DNA of 64,000 nt, taken from an uncultured delta proteobacterium. Its GTDB lineage: Bacteria; Myxococcota_A; Polyangia; Polyangiales; Polyangiaceae. Numbering within the stretch: the stretch's first letter is position 1; every line of letters starts with the position of its first letter. The stretch is from the NCBI GenBank assembly GCA_963806225.1, contig CAWDXG010000001.1, positions 128,001 through 192,000 on the forward strand. Direction: 5' to 3'. Below the pieces are notes generated by a model. The model did no database searches, was not told the origin of the DNA, and saw only the letters and a program-made list of their open reading frames with translations. Position numbers and translations under genes: made by a program. Positions 1-10,183 of the stretch are shown piece by piece.

Positions 1-536
1 ACGAGCCGCTTGAGCAGCTTCCGGCTGCCCTTGTGGGCGTGATAGAGCGCCAGCTCCGGCAGCCCGAAAAGCAGGAAGCGCACGAAGTAGTGCAGCCAGT
101 GCGACAGCCGATCGCGCTGATAGCGGATGGTCGAGCTCAGGTCGTCCTCGAGGTTGTTCTCCGGATGGTGCATGCCCATGTGGTGCACGAAGTAGCTCTC
201 CGGCGTCTGGCCGAAGAACGGGCCGATCACCCAGGGGATGAGCAGATTGAGCTGGCGCAACCGCGGCTTGTACAGCGGCCGGTGCGACGTGCAGTGCAGC
301 ATCAGGATGAAGCGGTCGAGGAAGCCGAGGCCCCAGACGAGCAGGTACACGGGCGCCAGCCACCAGAACCAGCGGCCGCTGAAGAACAGGCCTACTCCGG
401 CCGCGGCGACGGTGGCGCAGCCCAGCGAAAGCCAGACGAAAGGTAGATCGCGGGCATCGTTGAGCAGGCCGGCATACCAGCGCTCGGCAACACCCGCTGT
501 TTGGTCGTCGATCGACGAGTCAGCAGCGTTGTTCAC
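1..536 (-). CDS. Membrane fatty acid desaturase-family protein (3' end runs off the window)
   Basis: Own translation from GTG at 536: ...WFWWLAPVYLLVWGLGFLDRFILMLHCTSHRPL...SYFVHHMGMHHPENN...; two His boxes (HxxxH, HxxxHH) plus hydrophobic segments. Not in the ORF track. Confidence 0.75.
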   Translation of the reverse strand, partial: MNNAADSSIDDQTAGVAERWYAGLLNDARDLPFVWLSLGCATVAAAGVGLFFSGRWFWWLAPVYLLVWGLGFLDRFILMLHCTSHRPLYKPRLRQLNLLIPWVIGPFFGQTPESYFVHHMGMHHPENNLEDDLSSTIRYQRDRLSHWLHYFVRFLLFGLPELALYHAHKGSRKLLKRL

Positions 537-610
537 GGGGGGCCCGGGACCCTAGCACAGGTCCGCCCGCGCGGGGGTGGCGACTTGACGCACCGCGGCA
601 TGCGGCCCCT

Positions 611-976
611 TCAGTAGTGCAGCACGCCCTGGCACTCCGGCGGGGACTGGTTCTGCGCCAGCGCGTCGCAGGAGTAGGTCGAAAGCACGGAGCGGCACTT
701 GTCGACCTGTGCCTGCGAGGTGCCGCCTATGGTGCTGCACACGTTCTGGCAGCACGCCGGCGCGTTGGTGTCGACGCAGTCCTTCGTGGTTGTGCCGTAG
801 GTGTAGATGCTGCAGTCGTCGATGGCGTGCTGGCAGAAGGTCGTCCACAGATCGTTGCACGCCTGCCCGAACGTCGGGTTCTGCTCCAGGTGGGGCGGCT
901 TGTCGCTCCCCGAGCACCCACCCGCGAGCAGCAGGCCGACCAGCACCCATCCGGGCAATATCGATTTTCGACCCAT
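611..976 (-). CDS. Cys-rich lipoprotein, hypothetical
   Basis: MGRKSILPGWVLVGLLLAGGC lipobox-like signal followed by about 10 Cys. Confidence 0.65.
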   Translation of the reverse strand: MGRKSILPGWVLVGLLLAGGCSGSDKPPHLEQNPTFGQACNDLWTTFCQHAIDDCSIYTYGTTTKDCVDTNAPACCQNVCSTIGGTSQAQVDKCRSVLSTYSCDALAQNQSPPECQGVLHY

Positions 977-1063
977 CGGGCTTCTCCATGTGGATCGAAG
1001 CACAACACGCCGGAGCTTCGCAAGCGGCGTGGGGTGCGCCTCCGACGCCCTGCGCGGAACGCG

Positions 1064-1804
1064 CTACGGTTCCGCGCGGATCACGGTCAGCTCGCTCGAC
1101 GGGCGCCAGGGGGTGCCGGAGAAGCCCGCTTCAAGGCGCCACTGTTTCGCGCCGCTGCTGGACAGGGCGGTTTCGAGCTCGGTCTTCAGGAAATAGCGGT
1201 GCGCGATGCTTGCGGGTATCGAGCCGCCGCGGGCGTCTCGATACTCGTAGCTGACGACCAGGCGCTGCGCGTCGCGGTCCCAGGTGCTGCACTCGTAGAC
1301 GAAGTAGGTGGTGCCACGCGCCTCGATCTGCACGAGCGGGGAGGGCTCGTCGTCTTCGGGGTCGCCTTCGGCGTGGAACTCGTCGGCGTTCCACACGTCG
1401 GCGATGAATTCGCCGCCTGGTGCAAGGTGATGTACGGCGGCGCGGAGCGTCGCTTCGAGCGCTCTAGTGCTCCCGAGGCAGTAGAGCGCAGAGAACGGCG
1501 CGACGATGCGATCGAAGCGCTCGCCGAGATCGAGCTCCTGCATGCGCCCCTCGACGGGCTCCACCCCGGACACGCGCGACGATGCGATACGGAGTGCGTC
1601 CGCGCTTTCGTCGAGACCGACGAGCCTGCGTCCTGGCTCCGCCAGTGCTGCGAGCACGCGCCCGCTGCCGCAGCCGAGCTCCAGCACCGCCGCCGCGCCT
1701 TCGCACACGCGCCGGTAGAACGCGAGGTCGCCCGGCGTGCCCTGGTGCACGGCGTCGTACAGGTCGACGGGGTAGGGGCTCTCGCCGATGTGGGTGCCGG
1801 GCAT
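1064..1804 (-). CDS. Class I SAM-dependent methyltransferase
   Basis: VLELGCGSGR motif I, VGLD motif II, HLAPGGEFIAD. Confidence 0.9.
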   Translation of the reverse strand: MPGTHIGESPYPVDLYDAVHQGTPGDLAFYRRVCEGAAAVLELGCGSGRVLAALAEPGRRLVGLDESADALRIASSRVSGVEPVEGRMQELDLGERFDRIVAPFSALYCLGSTRALEATLRAAVHHLAPGGEFIADVWNADEFHAEGDPEDDEPSPLVQIEARGTTYFVYECSTWDRDAQRLVVSYEYRDARGGSIPASIAHRYFLKTELETALSSSGAKQWRLEAGFSGTPWRPSSELTVIRAEP

Positions 1805-1853
1805 GGAAGCGCGAGTATAGCCGAGCGCGAGCGAGCTGCCGGGGCATGTCCGG

Positions 1854-2891
1854 TTGGGGGGACCGCTTGCCCGTTGCAGACCGCCGCCCTGGTCTCCCGC
1901 GCCGCGGCGAAGCTATGCTTCCGGCGCCTTGGGTGCCGCCTCCACAGCTCACGCCTACTGCATCGGCGCCGACGAGAACGGGCTGGGTGCACGGCTCGGT
2001 CCGCTGGTGGTGACGGGCGTGCTGGCGCGCGTGGCCGCGCCAGCGGATCGCGCGCTGAGACGCAAGCTGCCGGCGCGGGTGGCTGCGGATCTGGATGACT
2101 CCAAGCGACTCGTGTCGCACGGCAACATCGCGCTCGGCGAGGCATGGGCGAGGGTGCTCGGGGCGCCAGACGCGGCGAGTCCCCGCGAGCTGTTCGAGCG
2201 ATTGAGCCTGGAGGGCGTAGGGCGCTTGCGTGACCCTTGTCCGTCGCACGTGGAAGCCCAGTGCTGGTCGGCCGAGGGCGAACGATTCCAGGCCGACGAC
2301 GAGCTCGTCGCGCGTGTGCGCCGGCACCTGGGCGCGCTCCGCCGCCGCGGGATCGAGATCGTGCGCGCGCAGAGCAGCGTGGTGTGTACGCGTCGCCTGA
2401 ACGACAAGCGCGCCGCCGGGCAGAGCCGGTTCGTCGCGGACCTGCACGCGATGGAAGAGCTGGTGCTGTCGCTGCGCGCGCACGCGGGCTCGGATGTAAC
2501 GGCCGTCTGCGGCAAGGTCGGCGGCATCGGCGACTATCCGCGCTTCTTCGGGCCGCTGTCCGGGCGGCCGCATGCGGTGCTCGAACAGCGCCGCGCGCTC
2601 GGGGCGTATCGCTTTCCCGGTCTCGGTGAGGTCCGCTTCGAGCAGGACGCCGACGCGCGCCACGTGCTGGTGATGCTCGCCTCGCTGGTCGGGAAATACG
2701 TGCGCGAGCTGCTGATGGCACGCATTCCGCGTTTCTACGCTTCACCAGGCGACGATGAAGCCGCGACCTGCAGCGGTTACAACGATCCGGTGACGGATCG
2801 CTTCGTCGAGCTGACGCTGCCCGCGCGCCGCCGCCGCCGCATTCCCGCCACCTGCTTCGAACGCGAGAGCGCGAAGAACGCCGATGGATGA
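1854..2891 (+). CDS. Ribonuclease HII-like protein (divergent; true start probably near 1929)
   Basis: IGADENGLGARLGPLVV, LDDSKRL, DADA..V.LASLVGKYVRE, SGY.DP motifs of the RNase HII fold. Confidence 0.7.
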   Translation: MGGPLARCRPPPWSPAPRRSYASGALGAASTAHAYCIGADENGLGARLGPLVVTGVLARVAAPADRALRRKLPARVAADLDDSKRLVSHGNIALGEAWARVLGAPDAASPRELFERLSLEGVGRLRDPCPSHVEAQCWSAEGERFQADDELVARVRRHLGALRRRGIEIVRAQSSVVCTRRLNDKRAAGQSRFVADLHAMEELVLSLRAHAGSDVTAVCGKVGGIGDYPRFFGPLSGRPHAVLEQRRALGAYRFPGLGEVRFEQDADARHVLVMLASLVGKYVRELLMARIPRFYASPGDDEAATCSGYNDPVTDRFVELTLPARRRRRIPATCFERESAKNADG

Positions 2892-4314
2892 GGCTGGCCG
2901 TCGCATTCTGGAAAAGCCCCTGGCGAGCCAGGTGGCTCGCTTCGGCGCGCCGCTCGCGCTCGGCATGGGGCTGCAGACCACGTTCAATCTGGTCGATGCG
3001 TACCTGATATCAAGGCTGGAACCGGGGATAGCGGGTCCGGCGCTCGGCGCTATCGGCATCTGCGACCAGCTCGCCGCGCTCGGCACCATCCTCAGCTACG
3101 GCCTTTCCGTCGGCACCGCGGCGATCATGAGCCGGCGCTACGGCCAGGGGGACATCGCCGGCATGCGCCGCGTGGCGTGGCAGTCGACGCTGCTGGTCTC
3201 GGTGCTCGGCGTCGTCTTCGGTCTGGTCGGCATCGTCGGCTCGCATGCGCTGATGTACGACCTCGTCGGCGCCAAGGGCGAGGTCGCCGCGCTCGGCACG
3301 CGCTACCTGCGCGTGATGGTCGGCGGCAGCATCACCATCTTCCTGCTGCTCCACCTGACGACAATCCAGCGCGCGCTCGGCAGCAGCAAGACGCCGGTCT
3401 CGATGCTGCTCACGGCCAATGCCACGAACCTGTTTCTGGCCGTGGTGCTGGTGTACGGCGCGGGCAATGCGCCGCCGGTGTTCTCGTGGGGTCCGCCCAT
3501 CGCGCGGGCTCTGGGGCTGCCGCGGCTCGAGCTGATGGGTGCGGCGTGGGCCACGGTGCTGGCGCGGCTGCTCGTGCTGGTGCCGCTGGTCGTGATCATC
3601 GTGCGGCGCTTCGAGCTGTTCCGTCGCGATTCGCGCGGGCGCCCCGACGCAGCGATGCTGCGCTCGATCTGGCGTATCGCCTGGCCGTCGAGCACGCAGC
3701 TTGTGGTGCGCATCCTGGCCATGCTGGTCGTGCACTCGGTGGTCGCGCGCGCCTACACGACCTCCACCGACCAATCCGCGACCACGGCGCTCGGCATCGT
3801 GTTCCGCCTCGAGACGATGGCGCTGTTCGTGGGGCTTGGCTGGGGCAGCGCGGCGCAGACCTTCGTGGGGCAGAATCTGGGGGCCGCCAATCCCGAGCGC
3901 GCCAAGCAGAGCGGTTGGTACGCCGCGCTCTACGACGCGGTCATGATGGCAATGCTGGCGGCGGCGTACTGGATCTGGGGCAAGCAGATCGTCGGCTTCT
4001 TCGACGACGCGCCGAAGGTGCTCGCGGTGGCCGTCAGCTACATGCGCTACGTCGGCTGGAGCTACGTCGGGCTCGGCATCGGTATCGTGCTCGGCTCGGC
4101 CATCCAGGGCGCCGGCGCCACCAAGCAGACGCTCAAGCTCGACTCGCTGGTGATTTTCGCCTTCCAGGTGCCGGCCGCCATCCTGGTCGTGTTCGTGTTC
4201 AATCTCGGCTACCACCGCTTGTGGCAGGTCGTCGCGCTCACGTACGTCGCCTTCGCATTGGCGTACGTGCTGAGCTACCGGCGGGGGCGGTATCTGACGA
4301 CGGTCATCACGTGA
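2884..4314 (+). CDS. MATE family efflux transporter
   Basis: 476 aa, about 12 TM segments; LQTTFNLVD, AQTFVGQNLGA, GAGATK motifs. Confidence 0.9.
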   Translation: MDEAGRRILEKPLASQVARFGAPLALGMGLQTTFNLVDAYLISRLEPGIAGPALGAIGICDQLAALGTILSYGLSVGTAAIMSRRYGQGDIAGMRRVAWQSTLLVSVLGVVFGLVGIVGSHALMYDLVGAKGEVAALGTRYLRVMVGGSITIFLLLHLTTIQRALGSSKTPVSMLLTANATNLFLAVVLVYGAGNAPPVFSWGPPIARALGLPRLELMGAAWATVLARLLVLVPLVVIIVRRFELFRRDSRGRPDAAMLRSIWRIAWPSSTQLVVRILAMLVVHSVVARAYTTSTDQSATTALGIVFRLETMALFVGLGWGSAAQTFVGQNLGAANPERAKQSGWYAALYDAVMMAMLAAAYWIWGKQIVGFFDDAPKVLAVAVSYMRYVGWSYVGLGIGIVLGSAIQGAGATKQTLKLDSLVIFAFQVPAAILVVFVFNLGYHRLWQVVALTYVAFALAYVLSYRRGRYLTTVIT

Positions 4315-4320
4315 GCTGCC

Positions 4321-4578
4321 CTATCCACCGGCGACCGGCGGAATCACGGCGACGGTGTCGCCGGCGTGGAGCGTGGCGCTGGCCGCGGCGAACTCCTCGT
4401 TGATAGCGAAGCGCACGGCCACGAGCTTTCCCGACAAGCCGGGGTGCAGCCGCTCGAGGTGGGATGACAGCGCGGCGACGGTGTCGACGCCAGCGGGCAG
4501 TTCGAGCTCTTCGGTGTCGACGCCGAGGGCGTCACGCACGGCGGCAAAGTAGAGCATGCGGACATTCACGTCCGGCAA
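4321..4578 (-). CDS. moaD: MoaD/ThiS sulfur-carrier protein
   Basis: V.MLYFAAVRDALG...AINEEF...GDTVAVIPPVAGG with C-terminal GG. Confidence 0.9.
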   Translation of the reverse strand: MPDVNVRMLYFAAVRDALGVDTEELELPAGVDTVAALSSHLERLHPGLSGKLVAVRFAINEEFAAASATLHAGDTVAVIPPVAGG

Positions 4579-4582
4579 TGTG

Positions 4583-5113
4583 TCACGCCTTGTGCTGGCG
4601 TTCCAGGTAGCGGCGCAGGCCGTCGCTCACCTCGATCAAGTTCGGGGTGATCTTCTTGACCAGGAAGTCCTCGACCGTCTTGCTGACGCTCTTGCTCAGG
4701 AGCTTCGGCACACCTTTGACCTTCTTCGCGTCGATCGAGAGCTTGCCGCGTATCTCGAGCCGCGTGCTGCCGTCGACTTCCACGAAACGGTTCTCCCCCT
4801 GGCAGTCGACCGCGTCCTTGAAAGAGTGGGTTTCGATGCGCCATTTGCAGGTGTACGCCTGCTCGTTCCACTCCGCGTAGTCGGTCCAGCTCAGCATCGA
4901 CTCGCTGAGCACGACTCTCGCCGCAGCAGGGATTTCCCCGCCGCCGTGCCATTCGTTGACGAAACGCACGATGCCGTCTTCTTCCTCGCGCGACTTCACG
5001 TCGATCCTGCGGATGTTCGGCAGGTAGTCGACCAGGTCGACGAGCTTGTCCCGGTACGCCTGGAAGACGATGTCGCGGGGAAAGGGAAGGTCGGCGTCGG
5101 CAGTCAGGTCCAT
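4583..5113 (-). CDS. SRPBCC/START-like (DUF2505-type) protein
   Basis: About 176 aa; beta-rich body with a C-terminal amphipathic helix, typical myxobacterial pattern. Confidence 0.55.
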   Translation of the reverse strand: MDLTADADLPFPRDIVFQAYRDKLVDLVDYLPNIRRIDVKSREEEDGIVRFVNEWHGGGEIPAAARVVLSESMLSWTDYAEWNEQAYTCKWRIETHSFKDAVDCQGENRFVEVDGSTRLEIRGKLSIDAKKVKGVPKLLSKSVSKTVEDFLVKKITPNLIEVSDGLRRYLERQHKA

Positions 5114-5120
5114 TGTTGGA

Positions 5121-6671
5121 CTACAGGCCGTACGCGAAACCGAGGGCAGGCGCAATGACTGTTGCCGTCCGGGGGAACATCTCGCGACCCGCCACCTCGA
5201 CCACCAGGGCGGCCCGTGGCGCGACGGCGTACTGGATGCCCACGCCGGCGCCCGCGAAAGCGACGCCGCCCTTCTGGTAGACGTCGACGTTGCGGACCTC
5301 GCCGTTCGGCTTCGCCGGCGTGTCGACGGCGATGCTCGTCGTCACGCGGGCCGCGGATTCAGCCAAGCCGGCGTTCACGAACACATAGGGCCGGACGCCC
5401 TTGTCGATGAAGGGGTCCTTCCGCAGATGGAAGGCGAAGCGGGCCTCGAGGTGCAGCGGCAGGAACGTCTTGCCGTCCACGCGCTTCGGGGGGCCGAGGA
5501 AAGCGAAACCCGCGCGGGCGCCGATCGTCATGCGCTTGCCGATCACCCGGTCGTACGAGAGCATCACGCGCATGCTACCCATCGCGACGCCGCCGTTGAG
5601 CTTGCCGGGGTCGAGCAGTGGGTTTTCCTGGACCTGCTGCCCGCCCGCGTAGAAGCAGGACAGCTTGCCGTCGCTCTGCGCCGCCTGGCTGCACGCGTCG
5701 CGGGCCGAGCCGACGATGCTCACGTCGGGTGAGAACTCGATGCCGATCCAGTTCTTCTTGCGCCGCTCTTCCTTTTCCTTCTCCGGGTTCGGGACGCTCG
5801 AGGCCTCCACGCACGTGAGCTCGACGCACACCTTGTCGCCCGGGCAATCGTCGTTGGAGCCGCAGCTCAGCCCCTCCACGGGGCGCGGGCACTCGGACGG
5901 CGGCACCGCGCCGGGCAGCGACGGCTGGCGGCTGTTGATCGCCTTCTTCAGCTCCACCTTGCGCGGATTCGCGGCGGACCCTGCACTGGCGACGCGGTCG
6001 AGGTTCGTGTTGAAGGCCGTGGTGAAATAGACGAGCGTACCGGTCTTCTTGACGGCAAAGCACGGGATGTAGCCGCCCCAGCCCTTGCCCTTCATCTGGA
6101 GCGCGAGTTCCTTCCACTGCTTCTCGCCCGGCGCCTTGTAGCGGACTACCACGCGCGACGCTTTGACCCCTTCGGGCACCTCCACGTACACCGGCACGGG
6201 ATGCCAGGTGGCCTGCTCGGGCCAGGGCTTTTCCTTGAGCACGGCGACGGGCTTCTCGACCGCAAGATTGGAGCCCATCTGCTTCTTGGCTTCGTCGAAC
6301 GCCTTCTGGACGTCGCCGGTGAGGTAGTTGCTGTCGGGCGTGATCGTCGGCTCGAGCCGGAGCGCGTCCTTGAAAGCCTCGACGGCGTTCTCCTTCTGGC
6401 CGAGACCCGCGCTGTACACTATGCCCATGTTGGCGTGGATCTTGGCGACCAGCGCCTTCGGGCACTTCTTGTCGCCGCATGCGCGAAGCGCGGTCTGCAG
6501 CTTGGCGGCGGCAGCCTTGAAGCTGGTGGCGAGGTAGTCCTGCTCCATCGCGTCCCGGTTCAGACCACGGGCCCGGGTCTCGGCGGCGCTCTCCGCCCTT
6601 CCGGTTACTGTGAGCAGCATAACCGCGAGCGCTATGGGGAACGCCCCGATCGCGTGCTTGATAGGCGACAT
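5121..6671 (-). CDS. Secreted protein with TPR-like N-terminus, Cys-rich linker and C-terminal beta-barrel-like domain
   Basis: Signal peptide; 'AKIHANMGIVY...AVEAFKDALRLEP' TPR-like; ends in alternating strand LGFAYGL. Confidence 0.6.
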   Translation of the reverse strand: MSPIKHAIGAFPIALAVMLLTVTGRAESAAETRARGLNRDAMEQDYLATSFKAAAAKLQTALRACGDKKCPKALVAKIHANMGIVYSAGLGQKENAVEAFKDALRLEPTITPDSNYLTGDVQKAFDEAKKQMGSNLAVEKPVAVLKEKPWPEQATWHPVPVYVEVPEGVKASRVVVRYKAPGEKQWKELALQMKGKGWGGYIPCFAVKKTGTLVYFTTAFNTNLDRVASAGSAANPRKVELKKAINSRQPSLPGAVPPSECPRPVEGLSCGSNDDCPGDKVCVELTCVEASSVPNPEKEKEERRKKNWIGIEFSPDVSIVGSARDACSQAAQSDGKLSCFYAGGQQVQENPLLDPGKLNGGVAMGSMRVMLSYDRVIGKRMTIGARAGFAFLGPPKRVDGKTFLPLHLEARFAFHLRKDPFIDKGVRPYVFVNAGLAESAARVTTSIAVDTPAKPNGEVRNVDVYQKGGVAFAGAGVGIQYAVAPRAALVVEVAGREMFPRTATVIAPALGFAYGL

Positions 6672-6867
6672 GGCGCGGGATCTTACCTCCACTGCGGCAA
6701 ACTTGTCTCTAGCGACGCCCGCAGATCCGTAACAGATTCGACGGTTTCCCGCCTTCGTCTCCGCCGACAGGCGGCTCCCGCGCGCCGGCGGGGCTGTGCT
6801 AGAAGGCCCAGGGTGAGGAGTGGGTGGGCGTTTCCTGCTCCGGACGTTCCCCTGGGAGGCATTCGAA

Positions 6868-7353
6868 ATGGCGGAAGGTAAGCAGGGTCTGGGTCGCGAT
6901 ATCTATATCGCGCTGGCGGCGATCGGCTGGGCGGACGGCAAGCTGGACTCCGACGAGGCGGACGCGATCGTGCGGACCGCCCTGGAGGAAGGGCTGGAGC
7001 TGGAGGAGATCAACGAGATCGAGGCGGCGACGAAGAATCCGGTGGACATCGGCGAGATCGATCGTCGCGGCCTGTCCAAGGAGGACCGCCTGTTCGTCTA
7101 CGCGGTGGCCTCATGGATGACCCGCCTGGACGGGCTCGTGTCCGAGACCGAGCAGGCGGCGCTCGACAAGCTCGGCCAGGCCCTCAAGGTGCCGGAGAAG
7201 CCCCGCGAGCACGCCGATCGCATCGCGCAGGAAGTCGCGAACATGCCCGATGGCGATCGCCCCGCGCGCTATGACCTGACGGCGCTCCGGCAGATTATCC
7301 ATGACCGTCTCGAGGCCGCGCAGCAGGCGCGCACGGCCAAGAGCGACGACTGA
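6868..7353 (+). CDS. TerB-like (tellurite resistance family) protein
   Basis: AAIGWADGKLDSDEADAI and RLDGLVSETEQAALDKLGQAL TerB half-motifs. Confidence 0.65.
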   Translation: MAEGKQGLGRDIYIALAAIGWADGKLDSDEADAIVRTALEEGLELEEINEIEAATKNPVDIGEIDRRGLSKEDRLFVYAVASWMTRLDGLVSETEQAALDKLGQALKVPEKPREHADRIAQEVANMPDGDRPARYDLTALRQIIHDRLEAAQQARTAKSDD

Positions 7354-7379
7354 GCTCTGGCGGGCTCGCGCCCGCTCGT

Positions 7380-8451
7380 TCAGTTGCAGCGGTACAGGTT
7401 GTAGCCCGACGGGAGGCCCTGGCTCTGGCCACAGGTCTGGGTCGAGTCCGTGCAGGTCTGCCCGGGGTGGCACATCTCGCGCCTGATCGTCCCGCCGCCG
7501 CTCGCGCAGCTGTTGCGGCACTCGGTCCTCGTGTAACGGTTCAGCTGGACGCTGAACACGCCGCAGCACATCTGCCCCGGGCAGTCCTCCGGTCCGTCGC
7601 ACTGGACGTCCGTGGTCGTGCAGTTCGAGCCAGTGCAGGTGCATTGCGTTGCTCGTCGCTGTGCAGTAGCCCGGTGCGGGCTCGACGGCGCAGCACTTGT
7701 CTCCGCCCGTGCAGGTCGTCGACCCGCAGCTCACGCCGGCACTTCCGCCCGAGCCGCCAGTTCCGCCGCTGCCCGCGCTTCCGCCCGAGCCTCCGGCTCC
7801 GCTGCTGCCGCCGGTTCCGCCGCTGCCGCCGTTGTAGTTGCACGTGCCCGTGCTGGGCGCGCCGAACTGGGACGGGTCGACACAGCCGAGTCCGATGAAC
7901 GTGTCCATGTAGCCGCAGTGATTGTCCGGCTTGCAGCACCCGGCGAGCTGGAACCCGCCCTGGTTGAGCGGCGGGCAGTTGGGATCAACCTTTCCAGCCT
8001 GGTTCTTTTCCGCGCACTGTCCGCCCAGGGCCGGGTTGGTCAGACCGCACTTGTTGTTGCTGCTGCAGCAGGGATCCGCCTGGCCGATCCCAGGGATGTT
8101 GGTGCCGGTGCAGACCTGGCCGCCGCACACGACGCCGCCGGTGCCGCCGGTGCCCGTTCCGGCCGAGCCGCCTGCGGGCACTCCTCCCGCGCCTCCAGTC
8201 ACGCCGGTGCCGCCGGTGCCGGTGCCGCCGGTGCCGACGCCGCCGGTGCCGCCGGTGCCAACAGCGCCGGTGCCGCCGGTGCCAACAGCGCCGGTGCCGC
8301 CGGTCCCCGTGTTGCCCGTCCCGGCCACGCCGGCGTCGTAGCCCTGGAAGCCGATGTCGGTGGAGCCGCCGCAGCCGACGCCGGCGAGCAGCGTCGTGAG
8401 CCCGCCGACCAGCAGGCGGGAAAGAAGTCGGGAGCGAGAAGTTGAAGCCAT
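7380..8451 (-). CDS. Gly-rich/Cys-rich lipoprotein (one +1 frameshift near 7645)
   Basis: LLAGVGC lipobox, GTGG repeats, two Cys-rich modules; removing one base gives SNACTCTGSNC...CDGPEDCPGQMCC. Confidence 0.7.
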
Positions 8452-8592
8452 GGCGCGTCCTTCTGAGGGCGTGTGGGGGGTCGCGGAGGCGCGCAGTCTA
8501 GCATTGCGCGGGTCATTCCGGGCGCGCACTTCTAGCGCTAGCAGAGCTGGAATCGTGCAGTGCCGCTGCGTCTTGCGCGGCCGGCGCCGGCT

Positions 8593-9174
8593 TCAGGCGA
8601 GCAGCTCGCTTTTCGCGACGGGATAGCCTGCCGGGCGCTGCACGGCGTACGAGAGCGCCAGCACCTCGATCAGCACCAGCCGGTAGACCGTGTGTACGTC
8701 GTCAACGTCGATCTCGTCCGCGTGGGCCTCCAGCGTGGCGTCGACGTGCTCGTGTACGAACTCGAGCAGGTGGGGCTGCTCCATCGCGACCACGTCGTCG
8801 CTGTCCAGCGCTTCGGCGGGATCGGCGCGACGCAGCTGCTCGTCGAGCGAGAGCAGCTCTTCGGTGGCCGAGAGCTCGTTTTCGCCAACCTCGTCGATGT
8901 GCTCGCGCTGCGCCTGCTCGAAGCCGAGCCACACCGCCAGCGCCAGGAAATAGCCGAGAGCGAGAGCGGTCTCGTCCAGCGGACGGCTCAGGGCCTCGGC
9001 AACGTAGGCGGCTAGCGTGGGTTGCGTGCGTTCGAAGCGTTCGAACGCGTCATCCAGCTGGGCGCGCGCCTCGTCGTCGTCCTCGGCGAGGCTGTCGCGG
9101 ACCGCTTCCAGCGCGTGCATCGGCACGCGCGCATACGACGGGACTGGACGGATTGCCGAACGGCGGACCCACAC
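8593..9174 (-). CDS. Hypothetical acidic helical protein
   Basis: GC3-biased ORF from GTG (VWVRRSAIRPVP...MEQPHLLEFV). Confidence 0.6.
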   Translation of the reverse strand: MWVRRSAIRPVPSYARVPMHALEAVRDSLAEDDDEARAQLDDAFERFERTQPTLAAYVAEALSRPLDETALALGYFLALAVWLGFEQAQREHIDEVGENELSATEELLSLDEQLRRADPAEALDSDDVVAMEQPHLLEFVHEHVDATLEAHADEIDVDDVHTVYRLVLIEVLALSYAVQRPAGYPVAKSELLA

Positions 9175-9271
9175 GGCACAAGATGTAGCACGCCGGGGGC
9201 CGATTGGAACGGCCAAGGGCCCCATCGACCGAAAGGCCGGACCCGCGCCTCGCGCAGCGTTACGAGCGAGC

Positions 9272-10183
9272 CTACGGGCGCACGAGCAGGCGCAGTTGGT
9301 TGTCTGGAACCCAGCCGTGCGTGGCGCCCCATTCGACATGTGCGAGCTGGCCCTGGTGGCCCACGATGTGGACCTTCGCGCCCTCGGGCACCGCGACGTG
9401 CTCGGGCACGCCGTTCTTCTGTTGGATGGGACGCCCCTGCGCGTCGAGCAGCCTCGCCTGGTCGACGACGACAACCGCCGGCCGTGAGCTCACGCGGAAG
9501 TGGCGCGCGGCTGCGGCGAGCCCGCCGCAGAGTGCGAGCAGCAGTGTGCCGACCCCGACCGAGATCGCGCCGCCGAGTATCACGTGCGGACGCCTCGACA
9601 GTCGCCGCGCGATCAGACCTGCTGTCAGCAGCAGTGATCCCAGCGCGGCACCGAACGCCCACACGTCCTCGGGCAGGAGCCCCGCCACAGCGCGCCCGAT
9701 CGATGGCGTGGCCGCCACCGGCGAGTCTCCCTCGTGCGAACGCCGGCGCGCGATCTCCTCGCGCACCCTCACCAGCGCATGGGCGGCTTGGCCGTCGCCC
9801 GGTCTGAGCAGCAGTGTTTCCTCCAGTGCCGCTGCCGCCCGCCCCAGATCACCCGGATGCGCGTGATGCGAGCGCGCCCGGTCCACGTACGCGACCGCGC
9901 GGTCGAAGCTCGCATCCGGATGCACGAACCCGCGATCGGCGAGTAGCTCGAAGTCGTCGATGGCCTCGTCGGTCGCGCCCCGCTGGATCGCCTTCACGCC
10001 CTGGCGGAACAGCGTTGGCGAATCCGGCGGTGCCGGCGCCGCGGTCGGAGGACCCGCCGACGCTGCGACCGCCGAGCTGGACACGGCCGGAGCCACAGGC
10101 GTGGCTGCCCGCGCCGCCGGTGCCGGCAGGACCATGGCGATCGCTGCGATCGCGCAGAGCCCGAACAGCAGCGCTCGGCTCAA
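9272..10183 (-). CDS. BatE-like TPR + TM + SH3 protein
   Basis: Last gene of bat operon, TTGA overlap with batD; TPR-like helices, 2 TM segments, C-terminal VPEGAKV...GWVP SH3b-like. Confidence 0.7.
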   Translation of the reverse strand: MSRALLFGLCAIAAIAMVLPAPAARAATPVAPAVSSSAVAASAGPPTAAPAPPDSPTLFRQGVKAIQRGATDEAIDDFELLADRGFVHPDASFDRAVAYVDRARSHHAHPGDLGRAAAALEETLLLRPGDGQAAHALVRVREEIARRRSHEGDSPVAATPSIGRAVAGLLPEDVWAFGAALGSLLLTAGLIARRLSRRPHVILGGAISVGVGTLLLALCGGLAAAARHFRVSSRPAVVVVDQARLLDAQGRPIQQKNGVPEHVAVPEGAKVHIVGHQGQLAHVEWGATHGWVPDNQLRLLVRP

